DNA from: Isurus oxyrinchus
Lineage: Eukaryota
DNA length: 64,000 nt
Reading direction: 5' to 3'
Assembly: GCA_026770705.1 (NCBI GenBank)
Contig: JANJGN010000140.1
Span: forward strand, 1,178,001 to 1,242,000
The translations under genes were made by a program, and so were the position numbers. The notes below the pieces were generated by a model that saw nothing but the letters and a program-made list of their open reading frames with translations, was not told the origin of the DNA and did no database searches. Shown here one piece after another: positions 1 to 14,745 of the stretch. How positions within the stretch are numbered: the first letter of the stretch is position 1; the number at the start of each line of letters is the position of its first letter.

Positions 1-997
1 GCTTCTTCAGGGGAAACACGACTGGTTTGTCAACATAGATGTTAATTTTCATTGTCTGTTTGTTTCATGAGCTGTTGGAGTTTACTGTGAAGTGTTCTTT
101 GATTGATGAATGTTGTAGTTGTAATTATAGGATCCATAGCCAATAAAACCTGTATCTTAATGTGAAACCGATTATCCCTGTCTTTTTGTTTTTGCCAAAG
201 AGAAGTTAAAATGTATGAACCAACACCAACTAGAACTACTTTATTGTCTCTCAAAACTGAGCATTTATACAGCGCCTTCAGAGTATCAATATATCAAACA
301 CATTTCATGTGAGTGTTCTCACTAAATTTAATAGCGAGGTAAATAAGAAAATATCATTGCAGAAGGTAAAGCCTTTAGTCAAAGGGATAGGTTTCAAGAA
401 GCCTCTGAAGGAGATAAAGAGAGGTAGAGGGGAAGGGAATTGTATAGTTCATTGCCTTGGCAGCTGAAGTCACAGACGCCGATGGTGGAGTCATTAAAAT
501 GGGGAATGTACAAATTGTTAGGCTTGCAAGAGTGCAGATATGTGCAAGCGCATTATAACTGGAGAGAGTTACAGGCAGAGGGAGGGGACGTCATATAGAA
601 ATTTAAAAATAAGGAGGAGAATTCTCAGAATGAAGTGCTGCTCAACCGAGAGCCAATGTAGATTAGCAAGCACAAGAGATGATGAATGAATGAGACTTGG
701 TGCGAGTTACGGCTTGGGCAGCAGGCAGAGTACTAGATGAGGCTAAGTCTATGGATGGCAGAACGTGGGAAACCGGCCAGGGACACGTTGCAGTATTCAA
801 AACTATAAATAGCAAAGGCATAGATGGCTTTCCATCAGCAGATGAGCTGAGACTGTGGATGAGACGGATATTGCTATGGTTGTGGAAGATGGCAGTCTTA
901 CTGATGGTGCGGGTATTTTGTTGGAAAAATCCCTGATGGTGATAAATACTGTTGGTGAAGTGGAGGCAGAAACAGGCTATATTCGGCAATTGTAAAC

Positions 998-2660
998 TCA
1001 CAGAATCACACAGTGCAGAAGATGCCCTTCAGCCAATCGAGTCCGCACCGACACGTGAAAAACACCTGACCTACCGATCTAATCCCATTTACCAGCACTT
1101 GGCCAATAACCTTGAATGTAATGACGTGCCAAGTGCTCATCCAGGCACTTTTTAAAGGATGTGAGACAACCAGCCTCCACCACCCTCCCAGGCAATGCAT
1201 TCCAGACCGTCACCACCCTCTGGGTAAAAAGGCTTTTCCTCACATCCCCGCTAAACCTCTTGCCTCTCACCTTGAGCTTATGTACACTCGTGACTGACCT
1301 TTCAACTAACGGGAACAGCTGCTCCCTATCCGCCCTCTCCATGACCCTTATACTCTTGTACACCTCGATCAGGTCGCCCCTCAGTCTTCTCTGCTCCAAC
1401 GAAAACAAGTCTATCCAATTCTCTTCATAACTTAAATATTTCACCCCAGGCAACATCCTGGTGAATCACCTCTGCACCCCCTCCAGTGCAATCGCATCTT
1501 TCCTATAATGTGGCGACCAGAACTGCACATAGTGCTCCAGCTGTGGCCTCAACAAGGTTCCATACAACTCCAACATGACCTCCCTACTTTTGTAATTTAT
1601 GCCTGGATTGTTAAAGGCAAGAGTCCCATATGCCTTTTTCACTACCCCACTAACATCCCCCTCTGCCTTCAGAGACCTATCGACACACACGGCAAGGTCC
1701 CTTTGTTCCTCAGAACTTTCTAGTGTCATGCCGTTCATTTAATGCTACCTTGTCAAATTGCTCCTTCCAAAGTGTTTCACCTCACACTTTTCAGGGTTAA
1801 ATTCCATCTGCCACTTATCTGCCCATTTGATCATCCCGCCTATATGATACTATAACCCAAGACACTCAACCTCACTGTTAACCATCCAGCCAATCTTTGT
1901 GTCATCCGCAAACTTACTAATCCTACCTCCCATTTAGTCATCTATGTCGTTTATATAAATGACAAATAATAGGGGACCCAGCACAGAGCCCCGTGGTACG
2001 CCACTGGACATTAGCTTCCAGTCAGGAAAGCATCCTTCCGTCATCACCCACTGTCTCCTACAGCTAAATAAATTTTGAATCCACCTTATCAAATTACCCT
2101 GTATCCCATGTGCATTTGCCTTCTTTATAAGCCTCTTATGTAGGAACTTGTCAAAGGCTTTGCTGAAATCCATATAAACTACATCAACTGCACGACCCTG
2201 ATCGACACACCAGGTCACCGCCTCAAAAAATCCAATCAAATTTGTTAGGCATGACCTCCCTCCGACAAAGCCATGCTGACTGTCCCTGAGCAACCCTTGC
2301 CATTCCAAGTGGAGATAGATTCCCTCCTCCAAAATTTTATCCAACAGTTTCCTTACCACTGACGTGAGGCTCACTGGCCTGTCGTTCCCTAGCTTAATTC
2401 TACAACCCTTCTTAAATAGTGGAACCACATCAGCTGTTCTCCTGTCCTCTGGTACCTCCCCCGTGTCCAGAGAGGAATTAAAAATTTGGGTCAGAGTCCC
2501 TGCGATCGCCTTCCTTGCCTCCCTCCACAGTCTGAGACACAAATCATCCAGACCTGGAGATTTGTCCACATTTAAGTCTGCCAACACCTCCAATACCTTG
2601 CCACTCCCTATATCAAGTTGCTTAAGAACCTCGCAGTCTCTCTCCCAGAGTTCGATACCT
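998..2660 (-). mobile_element. CR1 LINE, 5'-truncated, decayed ORF2 (RT and C-terminus) plus 3' tail
   Basis: ORFs 1934..2593 (RPVSLTSV, QHGFVGGRSCLTNL, YMDFSKAFDK, SGVPRGSVLGPLLFVIYINDID), 1466..1738 and 1079..1456 (LFSLEQRRLRGDLIEVYK) are typical CR1 ORF2 pieces broken by stops and frameshifts. Confidence 0.92.
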
Positions 2661-3344
2661 CATCCTTTATTAATCTCCCCGTTCTCTTCAATTTACTTGC
2701 AAATTTGTTTCTCTTTATCTTTCCAAATACTGGGCGGCCTATAGCATTCAACAAGCAACTTAATGGTAAATTTATCGTTTATTAGCTTTAGCCAATTATA
2801 TTCTGTCCTTGACTCCTCTGGGACATCAACTCCCCCAAACTTTCAATGAAGCATCTCAGAGTCCAGCAGTACCTTAGATCACATGCTCAAATCCATTGCA
2901 CGTGGCATGAATAGCCCACCCTCAGTCATCAGAGGTCCGAGATTTACCACTGAGTCAAGCTTGCCACGTCGATAGGTTATAGGGGTATTTAAAATTACAC
3001 AGGGGATTGATAGACCAATTATAAACATTTTACTTTTAACAGCGGTGGAGGATCAACAACCAAAGGATGCTGAATATGAACTTGAGCAAAAAAGCAAAAT
3101 ATTTCAGACGAAGAGGCAATTCTGAGGCATCGACTTGTTTTACTGTAGGAAGCACTATCTGGGAGAGTTGGAAGCAAATTGGAGAGTAACTTTCAAAACA
3201 GAACTTTTACTTGCAAATAACACATTTACTGTACTACAGGGAAAGAGAGAGATCGAGACTAATTCATTCTGCAGTAGATCAATTGCCAATACTCAATGAG
3301 ATGTCCATTGACAAAGATCCCTCCTGCGTTAATACAAATGCAGG

Positions 3345-3685
3345 ACCCCAGTTCCAACCAGCAGTTGACAAGGCGTCAGTACAACCTGAGATTCAATCCT
3401 CGTGCCTTCTGCCCAATCCCCCCCCCCCCCACCCCCAACCCCGTCCCCCTCCCCCGTCTCACTCATTACATTATTAGGGACTCTTGGCCTGGTCCTGCAG
3501 TAAACAAGGGATCAGTACAACCTGAGATTCAATCCTCTTGCCCTCTTCCACTCGCTGCCGTCTCACTCATTACATTATTGCAGTCTTTTGCTCTGATCCT
3601 GCAGTAGATCAGTATCAGTACAACGTGATGTGCAACCCTCTTGCCCTACCTCCTCCCTGACACTGGTCGTATTATTATGGACTCT
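3345..3685. repeat. Degenerate tandem repeat, about 3 copies of a 110-140 bp unit
   Basis: Recurring CAGTACAACCTGAGATTCAATCCTC...GTCTCACTCATTACATTATT at about 3377, 3513 and 3616. Confidence 0.8.
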
Positions 3686-3742
3686 AAACACCTGACAGGC
3701 TCTTCACTGAAATTTCCATTTCTTGTCCTCCTATAAACCAAC

Positions 3743-3870
3743 TCTCTCTCTGTCGCTCTGTCCCTCTGTCCCTCTCTCTCTCTCTTTCTCTCTCTCCCTC
3801 ACTCACTCTCTCCCCCTTTCTCTCCCTCTCTCTCCCTTTCCTTCCCTCTCCCTCTTCTTCTCTCTGTCTA
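3743..3870. repeat. (CT)-rich microsatellite
   Basis: Seen directly. Confidence 0.9.
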
Positions 3871-4612
3871 ACAATGTATCACTCTCCATCAGCACTTCCA
3901 CCACAGCTTGTACATAGATAGGCAGCTTGAAGCGTGATGCATAGGTAAATATTAATAGATAGATAAATTGATTGATATAAAATAGATAACATGAAAATAG
4001 TTAATTAAATAGCGAGATACGAATGAATATATATATATATACATAATAAGATAGGTAGAGCGACAGTAAATTATTTAGCTTTGAGATAGATAGCTGACAC
4101 AAAAGTAAATAGAAACAAAATATGGAGGAAAACGTTGATGCAAAGATAAATAATGAGCAAAGATTGATCAATACCTGTCGATCACAGGCGAGATGGCTAA
4201 ATCGACAGATAGCTGGAAAGATGCAGAGAGTTTGATATTACTTTGCAGATCACAAACATCAAAGATAAGAACAAAATGCTCAGCAGTGAATGATTGCTTT
4301 GGATATTGCGGGTTGGTTGCCATGGACGGTCAACATTTGTTTGCAGTTTGTGTTTATACTATGGAAATGTATCAGAGTATGGAAATTTCAGCCTGCACTG
4401 ACAACTGATACAACCCAGGACAGGCCTGCTGCACCAGAAGAGGGTGGAAACATTTATCCCACCTGTTTGTGATGCATTTGACCCCTGGCCCTCGATGGTC
4501 AAATGTCAACATCTGACCTATGGCTCAAACCAATGCCTATCAGTGAAACTTGAACGGCCCTGTGTCTGGGCTGGATTATACACAAGTCAACAATGAAATT
4601 TTATTTGGATGC

Positions 4613-6043
4613 TGTTATGACACTACCGATGCTAAATGAAGAGTTGTTCAAATCCCAAAGGGGACGTTGAAACACAACTTGGTTTGCAGTTTGCATAAAT
4701 TTCGAGATGAATGCCTTGAATTCAGGAATAATAAGGCCACCAATTCTTATAGCTTTTTCACAAAACTAGATTAAAAACTTATTAAAAGGAGGAATAATCT
4801 TAAATACATACATAGATCTGCAAATTACTACTATGATAACTTCTAACGTCGCTAATTAATCTAACTCCCAGTTACACTTTCGTTAAGGCAATAATAAGAT
4901 GCATAGATTTTAAAAGACCCAGGCAAAGAAACATGATACCCTGAACAAGTCGAATTCAAAATGAGTTCTTTTAGCTTCAGTCCACTGAAGACAGTAGTTT
5001 GAGGCATAGATGCTGAAGGCTTCTCACCCTTGTTAGACCTCAAAATGCCTAACCTACACACAGTCTTTGCTCCTTTATGCATATTTTCCCCTTTGAATGA
5101 AAACTCTCATTGTTTCACTAGGTTTTTGGACTTTATTTTTCTGAAAATAAAAAAAATCTCTCATAGCTCTAAGTTTTACCAGTAATCTTTGGGAATATGC
5201 AAATACACTCTTTCTAAACTACACCTGGCGAGGTGACACATTTCACACCCTCTTTTGAAAACAATCTAGTCTGGTTTATTTTAAAATGCAAATATTCCCT
5301 TGATACCAATGATTCTAAACATAGAATCATAGAAACTAGGAGCAGGAGTAGGACATTCGGCCCTTCGAGCCTGCTCCGCCATTCACTATGATCATGGCTG
5401 ATCATCCAACTCAATAGCCTGCTCCCACTTTCTCCCCCTACCCTTTGATCCCTTTCGCCCCAAGAGCTATATCTAACTCCTTCATGAAAGCATACAATGT
5501 TTTGGTCTCAACTACTTTCCGTGGTAATGAAGTCCACAAGCTCACTACTCTGTAGGTTCAGAAATTTCTCCTCATCTCAGTCCTAAATGGTCTACCCTAT
5601 ATCCTCAGACTGTGACCCCTGGTTCTGGACTCCCCCAGCACCGGGAACATCCTTCCTGCATCTACCCTTTCTAGTCCTGTTAGAAATTTATGGGTTTCTA
5701 TGAGACCACCCACCCCCCACTCCTCATTCTTCGAAACTCCAGCGAGTATAATCTTAATGGACTCAATCTCTCCTCTTATGTCAGTCCCGCCATCCCAGGA
5801 ATCAGTTGGGTATCGCCATGTTTACCTAATTAACATTTCAAAGCTAACATCTCTTCTTACAATTGAATTAAGTGTCCCTATCACACACAACGACTACATA
5901 TAGACACACAGACACATCCCACACTTACTCTATTTTAGAATAAATTCCAATAACGCTGTGAGAATTATTGTATCTTCTTTACAATTCACACCAGGAATGC
6001 TATTCATTGTGGGAGTTGCCAGGAACTCGAGGAGTCCATAACA
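4613..6043. mobile_element. Possible solo LTR with TGTTATG...CATAACA termini, interrupted by a CR1 fragment
   Basis: 7-bp inverted termini at 4613-4619 and 6037-6043 (TG...CA); no clean TSD found. Confidence 0.35.
5317..5807 (-). mobile_element. CR1 LINE 3' fragment
   Basis: CATAGAA-type tail repeats and CR1 3' sequence similar to 9424-9800 and 63400-63790. Confidence 0.85.
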
Positions 6044-7136
6044 TATAGAAGACATGCACCAATCACATCCGGGGCACTACAAAACGTCAGTGATCCCAAC
6101 AGCTTCTCTTTGAAGATGGGGGGTCCATGAAAACTCTCCTTTTCCTCTTGTACTTGCACACGACTATGCACAACAACAGCAAAAAACAATAGCCTGAACA
6201 ACATATGTTTATATAGCGCAATTAAAGTAATGAAAAGGTCCAAGGTGCTTCACGGGAGCATGATAGAACTAAATATGACATCAAGACGTGTTACGGAAAT
6301 ACAGGATCAGATGGCCAAACGCTTGGTCAAAGAGGTCGGTTTTAAGGACGGCCTTAAAGGAGGAAAGTGGGGTAGGGAGATGGAGAAGTGCAGGAAGAAT
6401 ATTCAAGGGCACTGAGCCTAGGGAAATAATGTCATGGTGACATACGGTGGAGCAATTTATACTTGTAGATGCACAAGAGGTCAAAATTAGTGGAAAGCTG
6501 ATAACCCGAAGGCTTGCGGATTTCGAAGTGATTGCAGAGATAGGAAGTGACAAGGACTTGGAGGGATTTAAAAGTAACGCTGAGAATTTTAAAATCAAGC
6601 AGTTGTTTGACCTTGAACCAATGTAGATCAGAGAATACAGGGGTGATAGAAGTATTGGATTTGCTGCAAGTTAACACAATTGCTGCTGATGAAACAGGTT
6701 CATCTGTAAGTCCATTTCGACATTCCCAGATGTCAGCATCGTTCATGGGTAATGGTAGAATCACTCCAAATCGCAATGAAAATACTGCCAAGTGGGGGTG
6801 GATGGAAAAGAGTTGGGTAATTTCCAGCTTTTGAAGGAGCATGGACAGGTTGACTGGGGCAAACTTCACGAACAGTGACAGAGAGTAGGGATGGGTAAGT
6901 CGAAATCGAAGATGGATGCATAGAGACAGGAGATGTTGAGCAGACAATAGGAACTGGCGAACAGAAACTGTGTAAGGGTAAACAGAGTGCAGGAACGGGG
7001 GGATTAGGAAAGCATAAAGTTAAAACGGAGCATGGGCTCCGGGGATGAATGAGGTTCTATTAATGTTTTGGTGAACCCTAATCTGTCTAGAAATGTTAGG
7101 TTGATTTTTAACAGAATTTCACCATGAGAGATGCCA

Positions 7137-7495
7137 CTCAGTGTTCATATATCTCACTGAGTGGGATATACTGGCAGACACCAGTCAGTTTAAAGATATC
7201 TCGCTGACAAAGAGGGGCATGAGAGACACCAGTCATTGTGCAGGTATTACCCTGGGGAACTGGAACTGAGATACACCAGTCAGTGTACAGTTTCTCCCTG
7301 GGGGAGTGGGAATTGAGAGACACCAGCCAGTGTACAGATATCTCCCTGAGGGAGACGGGACTGAGAGACACCAGGCATTGTACAGATATCACCCAGGGGA
7401 ACTGGAACTGAGAGACACCAATCAGTGTACAGTATCTCCTTGGGGGAGTGGGAACTGAGAGACACCAGTCAATGCACAGACATCTCTGTTTGGGA
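7137..7495. repeat. Minisatellite, about 48-bp unit, about 7 copies
   Basis: Unit approximately GAGACACCAGTCAGTGTACAGATATCTCCCTGGGGGAGTGGGAACTGA. Confidence 0.9.
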
Positions 7496-7723
7496 GATGA
7501 CTTAGCAGAAACAATTTAGACAGGTATCTCCCTCGCAAAGAAATAGGTTAACAGAATTTTGAGTACTGCTACAAAAACTCTGATCACATCCGCCTTTTTG
7601 TGGCATTCCGCTTCCTCGCTAATTTCAGCAAATCCCGATTCTGGCACCAGGGAAATCTATTATGTATCTGCAGCTTAAAAACCGCATTTCACCAAACCTC
7701 ACCACATGAAATGGGATCAGCGT

Positions 7724-8687
7724 GTAGAACCATAGAACCATAGAAAAGTTATGGGTCAAAAGGAGACCATACTGCCCATCTTGTCCATGCCAGCCCGAGG
7801 ACACCCAGGTGCCCTTTCTAATCCCACCTTCTTGCACCCGGCCTATAGCCTTGCAGCTTACAGCACTTAAGGTGCAGATCCAGGTACTTTTTAAAAGAGT
7901 TTAGAGATTCTGCCTCTACCACCAACTTGGTCAGCGAATTCCAGACATCCACTACCCTCTGCATAAGAACGTTCTTCCTCAAGTCCCCCCTACACCTTCT
8001 GCCACTTATCTTTCTGCCACTTATCTTGAATCTATGTCCCCTGGTTCTAGAATTCTCCACCAAGGGAAACAATGTTATCCTGTCCACTCCATCTATTCCC
8101 CTCATCATTTTGTACACATCAATCAAGTCAGCTCTCAGCCTTCTTTCTTCTAAGGAAAATAACCCCAACCTATCCAATCTCTCCTCGTTGCTACTCTTTT
8201 CTAACCCTGGCATCATTCTTGTAAGCCTTCTCTGCACTCTCTCCAGAGCGATTACATCCTTCCTGTAATGTGGTGATCAGAACTGCACACAATACTCCAG
8301 TTGAGGCCTCACCAGTGTTTTATACAATTCCAGCATTATATCCATACTTTTATATTCTATACCTCTGCCAATGAAGGAGAGCATTCCATATGCTTTCTTT
8401 ACAGCCTTGTCTACTTGAACTGCTGCCTTCAGGGACCTGTGCACTTGTATGCCAAGGTCTCTCACTTCATCTACCACTCTTACTATATTCCCATTTATTG
8501 TGTAATCCTTGTAACTGTTTGACATCCATAAATGTATGACATCACACTTCTTTATGTAAAGATCCATCTGCCACTTTACCGCCCACTCCACCAACCCATC
8601 TATATTGTCTTTGGAGATTTTGGCTATCCTCTATATTATCCACTACTCGGCCAATCTTTGTGTCATCTGCAAATTTCCCAATCGTGT
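7724..8687 (-). mobile_element. CR1 LINE 3' fragment
   Basis: ORFs 8542..8724 (KFADDTK), 8277..8594 and 7818..8237 (LFSLEERRLRADLI); TAGAACCA tail repeats. Confidence 0.92.
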
Positions 8688-9423
8688 AAGAGAACTGAAT
8701 CTCACAGTAAGTCTGAACTGACATTGGATAATATATCTTTATATTTTTCCCACATTATTCAACAGTTGTTACATCCTGACTAACTTTAATTTGGACCAAA
8801 ATTTTCAACTGAGGGGTTGCTGTACAAATTAAAGCATCTTCATCTTGTGCGTTGTGCAGTCATTGACAAATATTTTCTGTTAGTAGCATTTTGACATGTA
8901 TCTATCATTCCTAAATGCTCATATTGTTATTCTCGTTTTAGTTATCGACCTGTTTGTATATTGTTCTCTGTCTCCCTGCAGACCCACTAGCGTTTTTATT
9001 AACTCTCTATGTAACTCTACCCACTACCAGTTACTTGCTACCTTTCTTTGTATCTGTTGATGTATCGATTTATTTCGTTACCTACTAATATTTAAATCAT
9101 CCTCTGAATATCTCCATCTAGCTAGCTAACTATCTGCACCCACAGAGAGCACAGAGCAAAATAGCCACCCAGCATTTGGTGTTCCAGGCTCATTATTGGG
9201 AGAATAATAATTGTGGAATTTATGTGACGTCACCCTGCTTTCTTACGATAACAGCAGCCGAGGAGAATCTGGCAAAACTAAAATCCAGGTCTTTAAAGAA
9301 CTTGTAACTGCCATAAGCTCATCAGCCTCACAACAACTTTCCAGCGTTGTAAATGTTGTTGAGTATACAAAGCTTCATGTGGTTCAATTACTGCTTTGAA
9401 ATAACAAATGCAAGATTAATAAC

Positions 9424-12400
9424 ACCATAAAACATAGGAACAGAAGTAGGCCATTCGGCCCATCGCGTCTGTTCCGCCACTCAATGATATCGTGGATGAT
9501 CTGATAACCCTGAACTCCACTTTCCTGCCTTTTCCCATAACCCTTGATTCCCTTACTGATTAAAAATCTGTCTATCTCAGCCTTGAATTTACTTAACGGC
9601 CCTGCCTCTACAGCCCACTGTGGCAAAGAATTCTACAGATTCACTGCCCTCTGAGAGAAGATGTTTCTCCTCATCTCTGTTTTAAGAAGGCGTCCCCTTA
9701 CTCTGAGATGATGCCCTCTGGCCCTAGTCTCTCCCACAAGGGGAATACCCTCTCGGCAACTACCCTGTCAAGCCCCTGCAAAGGATGTTACATGTTTCAA
9801 TAAGGTCGCCTCTCATTCTTCTAAACGCCAGTGAGTACGGATCCAAACTACTCAACCCCTCCTCATAAGAAAATCTCTCCATCCTCTGGCTCAACCCAGT
9901 GAACCTTCTCTGGACTGCCTCAAATGTCAGTATATCTTTCCTTAGAAAAGGAGACCAAAATTGTTCACTGCTTTCCAAGTGTGATCTAAGGAATGCCATG
10001 TACAGTTTTAGCAAGACTTCACCATTTTTATATTCCATTCCCTTTGAAATAAAGGCCGACATTCCATTTGCCTTCCCTGTTACCTGCTGAACACTGCTCG
10101 CTTTTTGGAACTCATGCAGGAGGACACCCGAATCCCTCTGCACTGGAGCTTTCTTCAGTCTTTCCCCATTTAAATAATAATCAGTTCCGCTATTCTCCCT
10201 GCCAAAGTGCATAGCCTCACATTTTCCCACATTATATTCCATCTGCCACGTTTTTGCCCATTCACTTAATCTGCTTATATCCCTCTGTAGACTCTTTGTG
10301 TCATCCTCACCTCTTGCCTTCCGAACTATTTTTGTGCCATGTGCAAACTTGGCAATAGTATATCCACTTCCCTCATCCAAGTCATTAATATATATTGTAA
10401 ATAATTGTGGCACCAGGACTGATCCCTGTGGCACTCCACTAGTTAAAGTTTGCCATCCTGAAAATGACTCCTGTATCCCAACTCTCTGTCTTCAATTAGT
10501 TAGCCTGTCCTCTATCCATGCTAATACGCTACCAAAAACACCATGGGCTCTTATCTTATTAAGCAGCCTTATGTGTGCTACCTTATCGAACGCCTTTTGG
10601 AAATCAAAACATATTACATCTACAGGTTTCCCTTTATCTATCTTGCTTGTTACCACCTCAAAGAATTCTACTAAACATGTCAGACATCATTTCCCCTTCA
10701 TGAAGCCATGCTTATTCTGCTTGATTAGATTATGCATTTCTAAATGCTCTGCTATTACATTCTTTATAAGAGACTCCAACATTTTCCCAATGACAGATGT
10801 TAAGCTAACTGGCCGATAGTTACCTGTTTTTTGTCTCGCTCCCTTTCTGAAGGGTGTTACATTTTCAATTTTCCAATCCTCTTGGATTTTTCCAGAATCT
10901 AAGGGCTCTTGGGAGATTAATACCAGCGCATCCATTACCTCTGCAGTTGTTTCCTTTAATATCCTGTGATTCAGTCCATCAGGCTTTAGCCCGATTATTT
11001 TCCCCAGCACTTTCTCTCCAGTGACAGTTAGTGTATTTATTTCCTCCCCATATTTCCTCATGATTATTTAATATTTCTGGTATGCTATTAGTGATTCCAA
11101 ACGAGAAGCTGACGCAAAGCATTTATTCAACTCCTCTGCCATTTCTTGGTTCCCCATTAATATTTTCCGAGCCTCATTCTTTAAGGGGCCTATATTGACT
11201 TTGGCCTTTTTATATATTTAAAGATGTTCTTACTGTCCGTTTTTATACTACTTGCTAGTTTGCCCTCAAATTTTATTTTCTCCCTCTCTATTTTTTTTAG
11301 TAATTTTATGTTGGCTTTTACAACTTTGCCAATCCTCTGGCTTACCATAATGTTGACCTCATTGCATGTTTTTCTTTCACTTTGGTATAGTCTTTAACTT
11401 TCTTGGTTAACCATGGTTGGTTTATCCCCTTGCTACAATCCTTGTTCCTCGCTGTGATATATCGTTGTTGTGAGTCATGTATTATATCTTTAAACGTCTG
11501 CCATTGTTCATCAACCATCTTTTCTGCTAAACTCCTTTCCCAGCCTACTACAGCCAACTCTGCCCCAATTTCTTTGTAATTACCCTTATTTATGATTAGC
11601 ACAGGTGTTTCCGAACTAAGTTTCTCATTCTCAAACTGAATGCTAAATTCCACCATGTTATGTTCACTGTTTCCTCGGGGATCTTTTACTCTGAGATCAT
11701 TTATTAAACCTGCCTCATGACACATTACCCGATGCAACGTAGTCTGATCCCTGGTTGGATCCTAAAAATATTATTCCAGGAAACTGTCCCGAATACACTT
11801 TATGAATTATTCCTCGTGGCTACCTCTGCTAATTTGATTTTCCCAATCGACATGGAGATTCAAGTCACTCATGACTAATACACTGCCTTGTTTACATGCC
11901 CTCATTATTCCCTGACTCATTCTCTGTCCAACAGCATAGTTACTATTAGGGGGCCTATGGACTACTCCTACCAGTGTCTTGTTATTTCTTACCTCCACCC
12001 ATATGGATTCCACATCTTCCGATCAAGATCATTCCTTGCTATCGTACTTATTCCATCTTGTACTAACAAAACTGCCCACCACCCTTTTTACCTGCCCATC
12101 CATTCGAAAAGCCACATTCCCCTAAACGTTTCGTTCCCAGTGCTGATCTCCTTGAAACCATGTCTCAGTAATGACGATAAGATAATGCCCATTAACATCT
12201 ATATGCGCCGTTAATTCATTTATTTTGTTCAAAATACTAGGTGTGTTTAAGTAAGAACCATTGATTGTGACTTTTTTAAACCATTTTTCCCTCTTAGACC
12301 CTATTTGCTGCTTTTTAAAAAAATGTTTGTACACTCTGTACCTACCAATCACACTCTGGGTATCATTTCCTAAGTAGCTGCCCTGCAATGCTGCCATACC

Positions 12401-12495
12401 ATTTTGCTTTGTCAGCCCATTTATCTCCTCTCTAGAACGCTCCGCACCCTCTCTTCCAACTTTATTTAGTTTAAAGCCCTCTCTACAGCCCTGCC
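9424..12495 (-). mobile_element. CR1 LINE with decayed ORF2 (APE endonuclease and RT)
   Basis: YLNTPSI/ITETW (12122..12397), VVHRPPN (11807..12013), NYRPVSLTS (10687..11061), PQGSVL..FTIYINDL (9760..10434). Confidence 0.93.
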
Positions 12496-13530
12496 ATCGC
12501 TATCCTATTTTATTCAATTTGTTCATTAATTACTCTTGTAGCCCTACTCTTTAAATGTTGATTAGTAGGAAAAATTATTCAAAGCCAAAATTATTGGTGT
12601 CAATTAATAGCAAATATAATTGTCAGTGATTGTACCGTATTACATAAGCTAACGTATGCCGCTGATGTACCATAATGTTGGGTGAGAAAGGACAAATGGA
12701 ACGAAGTCGAAAGCAAGGTGAGGTCTATAAATCCAGCCTGCCAGGTGGTTTACAATCCTAGTAACATACTGAGAGTGTGCCATCCTAAATAAAACATCAA
12801 ATAGGATTTGTAAGTCTATCTCAATGGGATTCTGGTACTGTGGGACACGAATTGCCTTTGAGTGCCTGATGCAAGCAATATCGTTTTTAATTTATTCTCT
12901 TGCCAATACAGGTCAGCTGGAGTTTCACGCAGTGAGTCGATTGTAGTCTCCATGTAGAACGGGATTGTCGAGCCAGGGGAGAAATACACCAGGAGCATAT
13001 AAAATAATAGTCTCCAATTTAAATTTATTCATTTGGATCTTGTCTCACACAATTTTCTCATGTTATTATTAGCACGTAATTAGCTGGGTTTAGTCTATTT
13101 GGGGGCTCTGTTCATGGCTTGTGGACATCTTCTCATGGCTACCTTGTCATTTCTCCCTTCCTTTATCATTCAGTCATGATTAAGTTAACAATTGCAATGC
13201 TACTTTATGTTAGGGGCATGCTTAGAAAAGTCATATCATGGGCGTTACAAATACTGGGCCTGTGTGCTCAGGGGTTAAAATAAGCTATTACCTGAGATAG
13301 AATAACGAGTGACTTTCTGCGAGTTTGGTCATTGAGGAAATATTCTATCGTTTCAAATGGGGCATCTCCTCGCCCTGCCTGCTTTTATACTTGTTTCTTG
13401 GATGATTGATCGATAGGGACAGGAAAGGTCCACGTTTAGGATGCTGAGTGAATAAAGTCAGATTATTGCGCTAAACCTTTGGTTTCTTTTTTTTTTGCAG
13501 TTTTGACAATACTAAACATGGATTTGTACT

Positions 13531-13570
<40 letters not shown>

Positions 13571-13742
13571 CCCCCCCCCCCCTCCCCCGACACACAAACC
13601 TTAAACCAACTTATATTTCAACTCTTTCTTGGACTCGAACTCAAGTTCTGTCGAAGGGTAATGAGGACTCGAATCATCAACTCTTTTCTTCTCCGCTGAT
13701 GCTGCCAGATCTGCTGAGTTTTTCCAGGTAATTCTGTTTTTG
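13531..13742 (+). mobile_element. Penelope-like pseudo-LTR fragment, same family as 38944-44099
   Basis: Near-identical to 40695-40885 (TTCTTGGACTCGAA..CAAGTTCTGTCGAAGGGT..CTGCTGAGTTTTTCCAGGTAATTCTGTTTTTGTT). Confidence 0.88.
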
Positions 13743-13769
13743 TTATGTATTTGTAAGCCTGGCTATCTG

Positions 13770-14745
13770 CTATTTCTCATGTACATTATGCCCCTCAGCG
13801 ACATCACCTGGGAAAGCAACATCAGGTTCATGCTGGTATTTTTGTTTTTTGACTCACCACTATCTCTCGCGGCCTCTCCACTGTCTCTAAACTGCCGGAT
13901 ATCATTTTGTGACCCCCAGTATTGGAAAGGCCGGAGTATCTCCAGCTTGATATTGGGAAAACCCAACCCATTGTCGTCGGTCCTCAGCACAAACTCCATT
14001 TATTAAGCACCAACACCATCCTCCCCTTGCCTACCTTCTGAGGCTGAACCAGGCCGTTCAGAACCTTGGCGTCAGATAAGCCTTGATATCAGCTCCCAAT
14101 TACATATCCACGCCAAACCCAAGAAGGTAGACGTTCATATTCTGTATATTTCTCAACTCCGCTGCTGCCTGAGCTGACCAGTTGATGAAAGCCTCATCGA
14201 GGCTTTTGTTGCTGCTAGACGTGATTATTAAAATTATTTCTTGGTTGCACTCTTGGTTTGACTTTATCCAAAACTCTGCTAGTCATAAGCAAAAACGCAA
14301 TTCAATCTTGTTGATCCACCACCTCTGTTTTTGCTATTCTAAATTAAGAACTCAAATTTATAATTCCTGTCATTGTTTCCCATTCCTTACGAGGCCTCGC
14401 CAGTATTTACCTATGATAACTCCTCAGATCACAGGTTGCTGATAACTGCACTTGACCAATTGCAGCCTCTGACACATCCCTTCATTAATCACTATAGGTT
14501 GCGCGGTGGGGTTATCAGCTGCCTAGGCTCTAAACACTGATAATCCCTTTCTAAACCTCTCCATCTCCCGACCTCTCTTCTCTTCCTTTTCGACATTGTT
14601 TAGAATTCACTAATTAAATTTTTGGTCATCTTTCTTGATATCTCCTGATATGGTTTGGTGTCAAATTGTGCTTTATCTTCGCTCCTGAGAAGCGCCTTTG
14701 GAGATATTATTGCGTGAGATACGTTAGCTAAATGCAAGTTGCTGT
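13770..14745 (+). mobile_element. Old L2-like LINE 3' fragment (similar relics at about 250-960, 6180-6670 and 17560-18130 on the minus strand)
   Basis: Highly decayed; cross-similarity among these stretches and residual LINE-like peptides (e.g. ITPVFSDLHW..KILSVTFKSL in ORF 6432..6947). Confidence 0.5.

Noticed and set aside
7137-7495. Regularly spaced repeats resembling a CRISPR array
   Set aside because: The whole ~48-bp unit repeats with no unique spacers; this is a vertebrate minisatellite.
12905-13000. GVSRSESIVV..VEPGEK resembling an IgH V start
   Set aside because: Stops follow immediately and no further V motifs appear.
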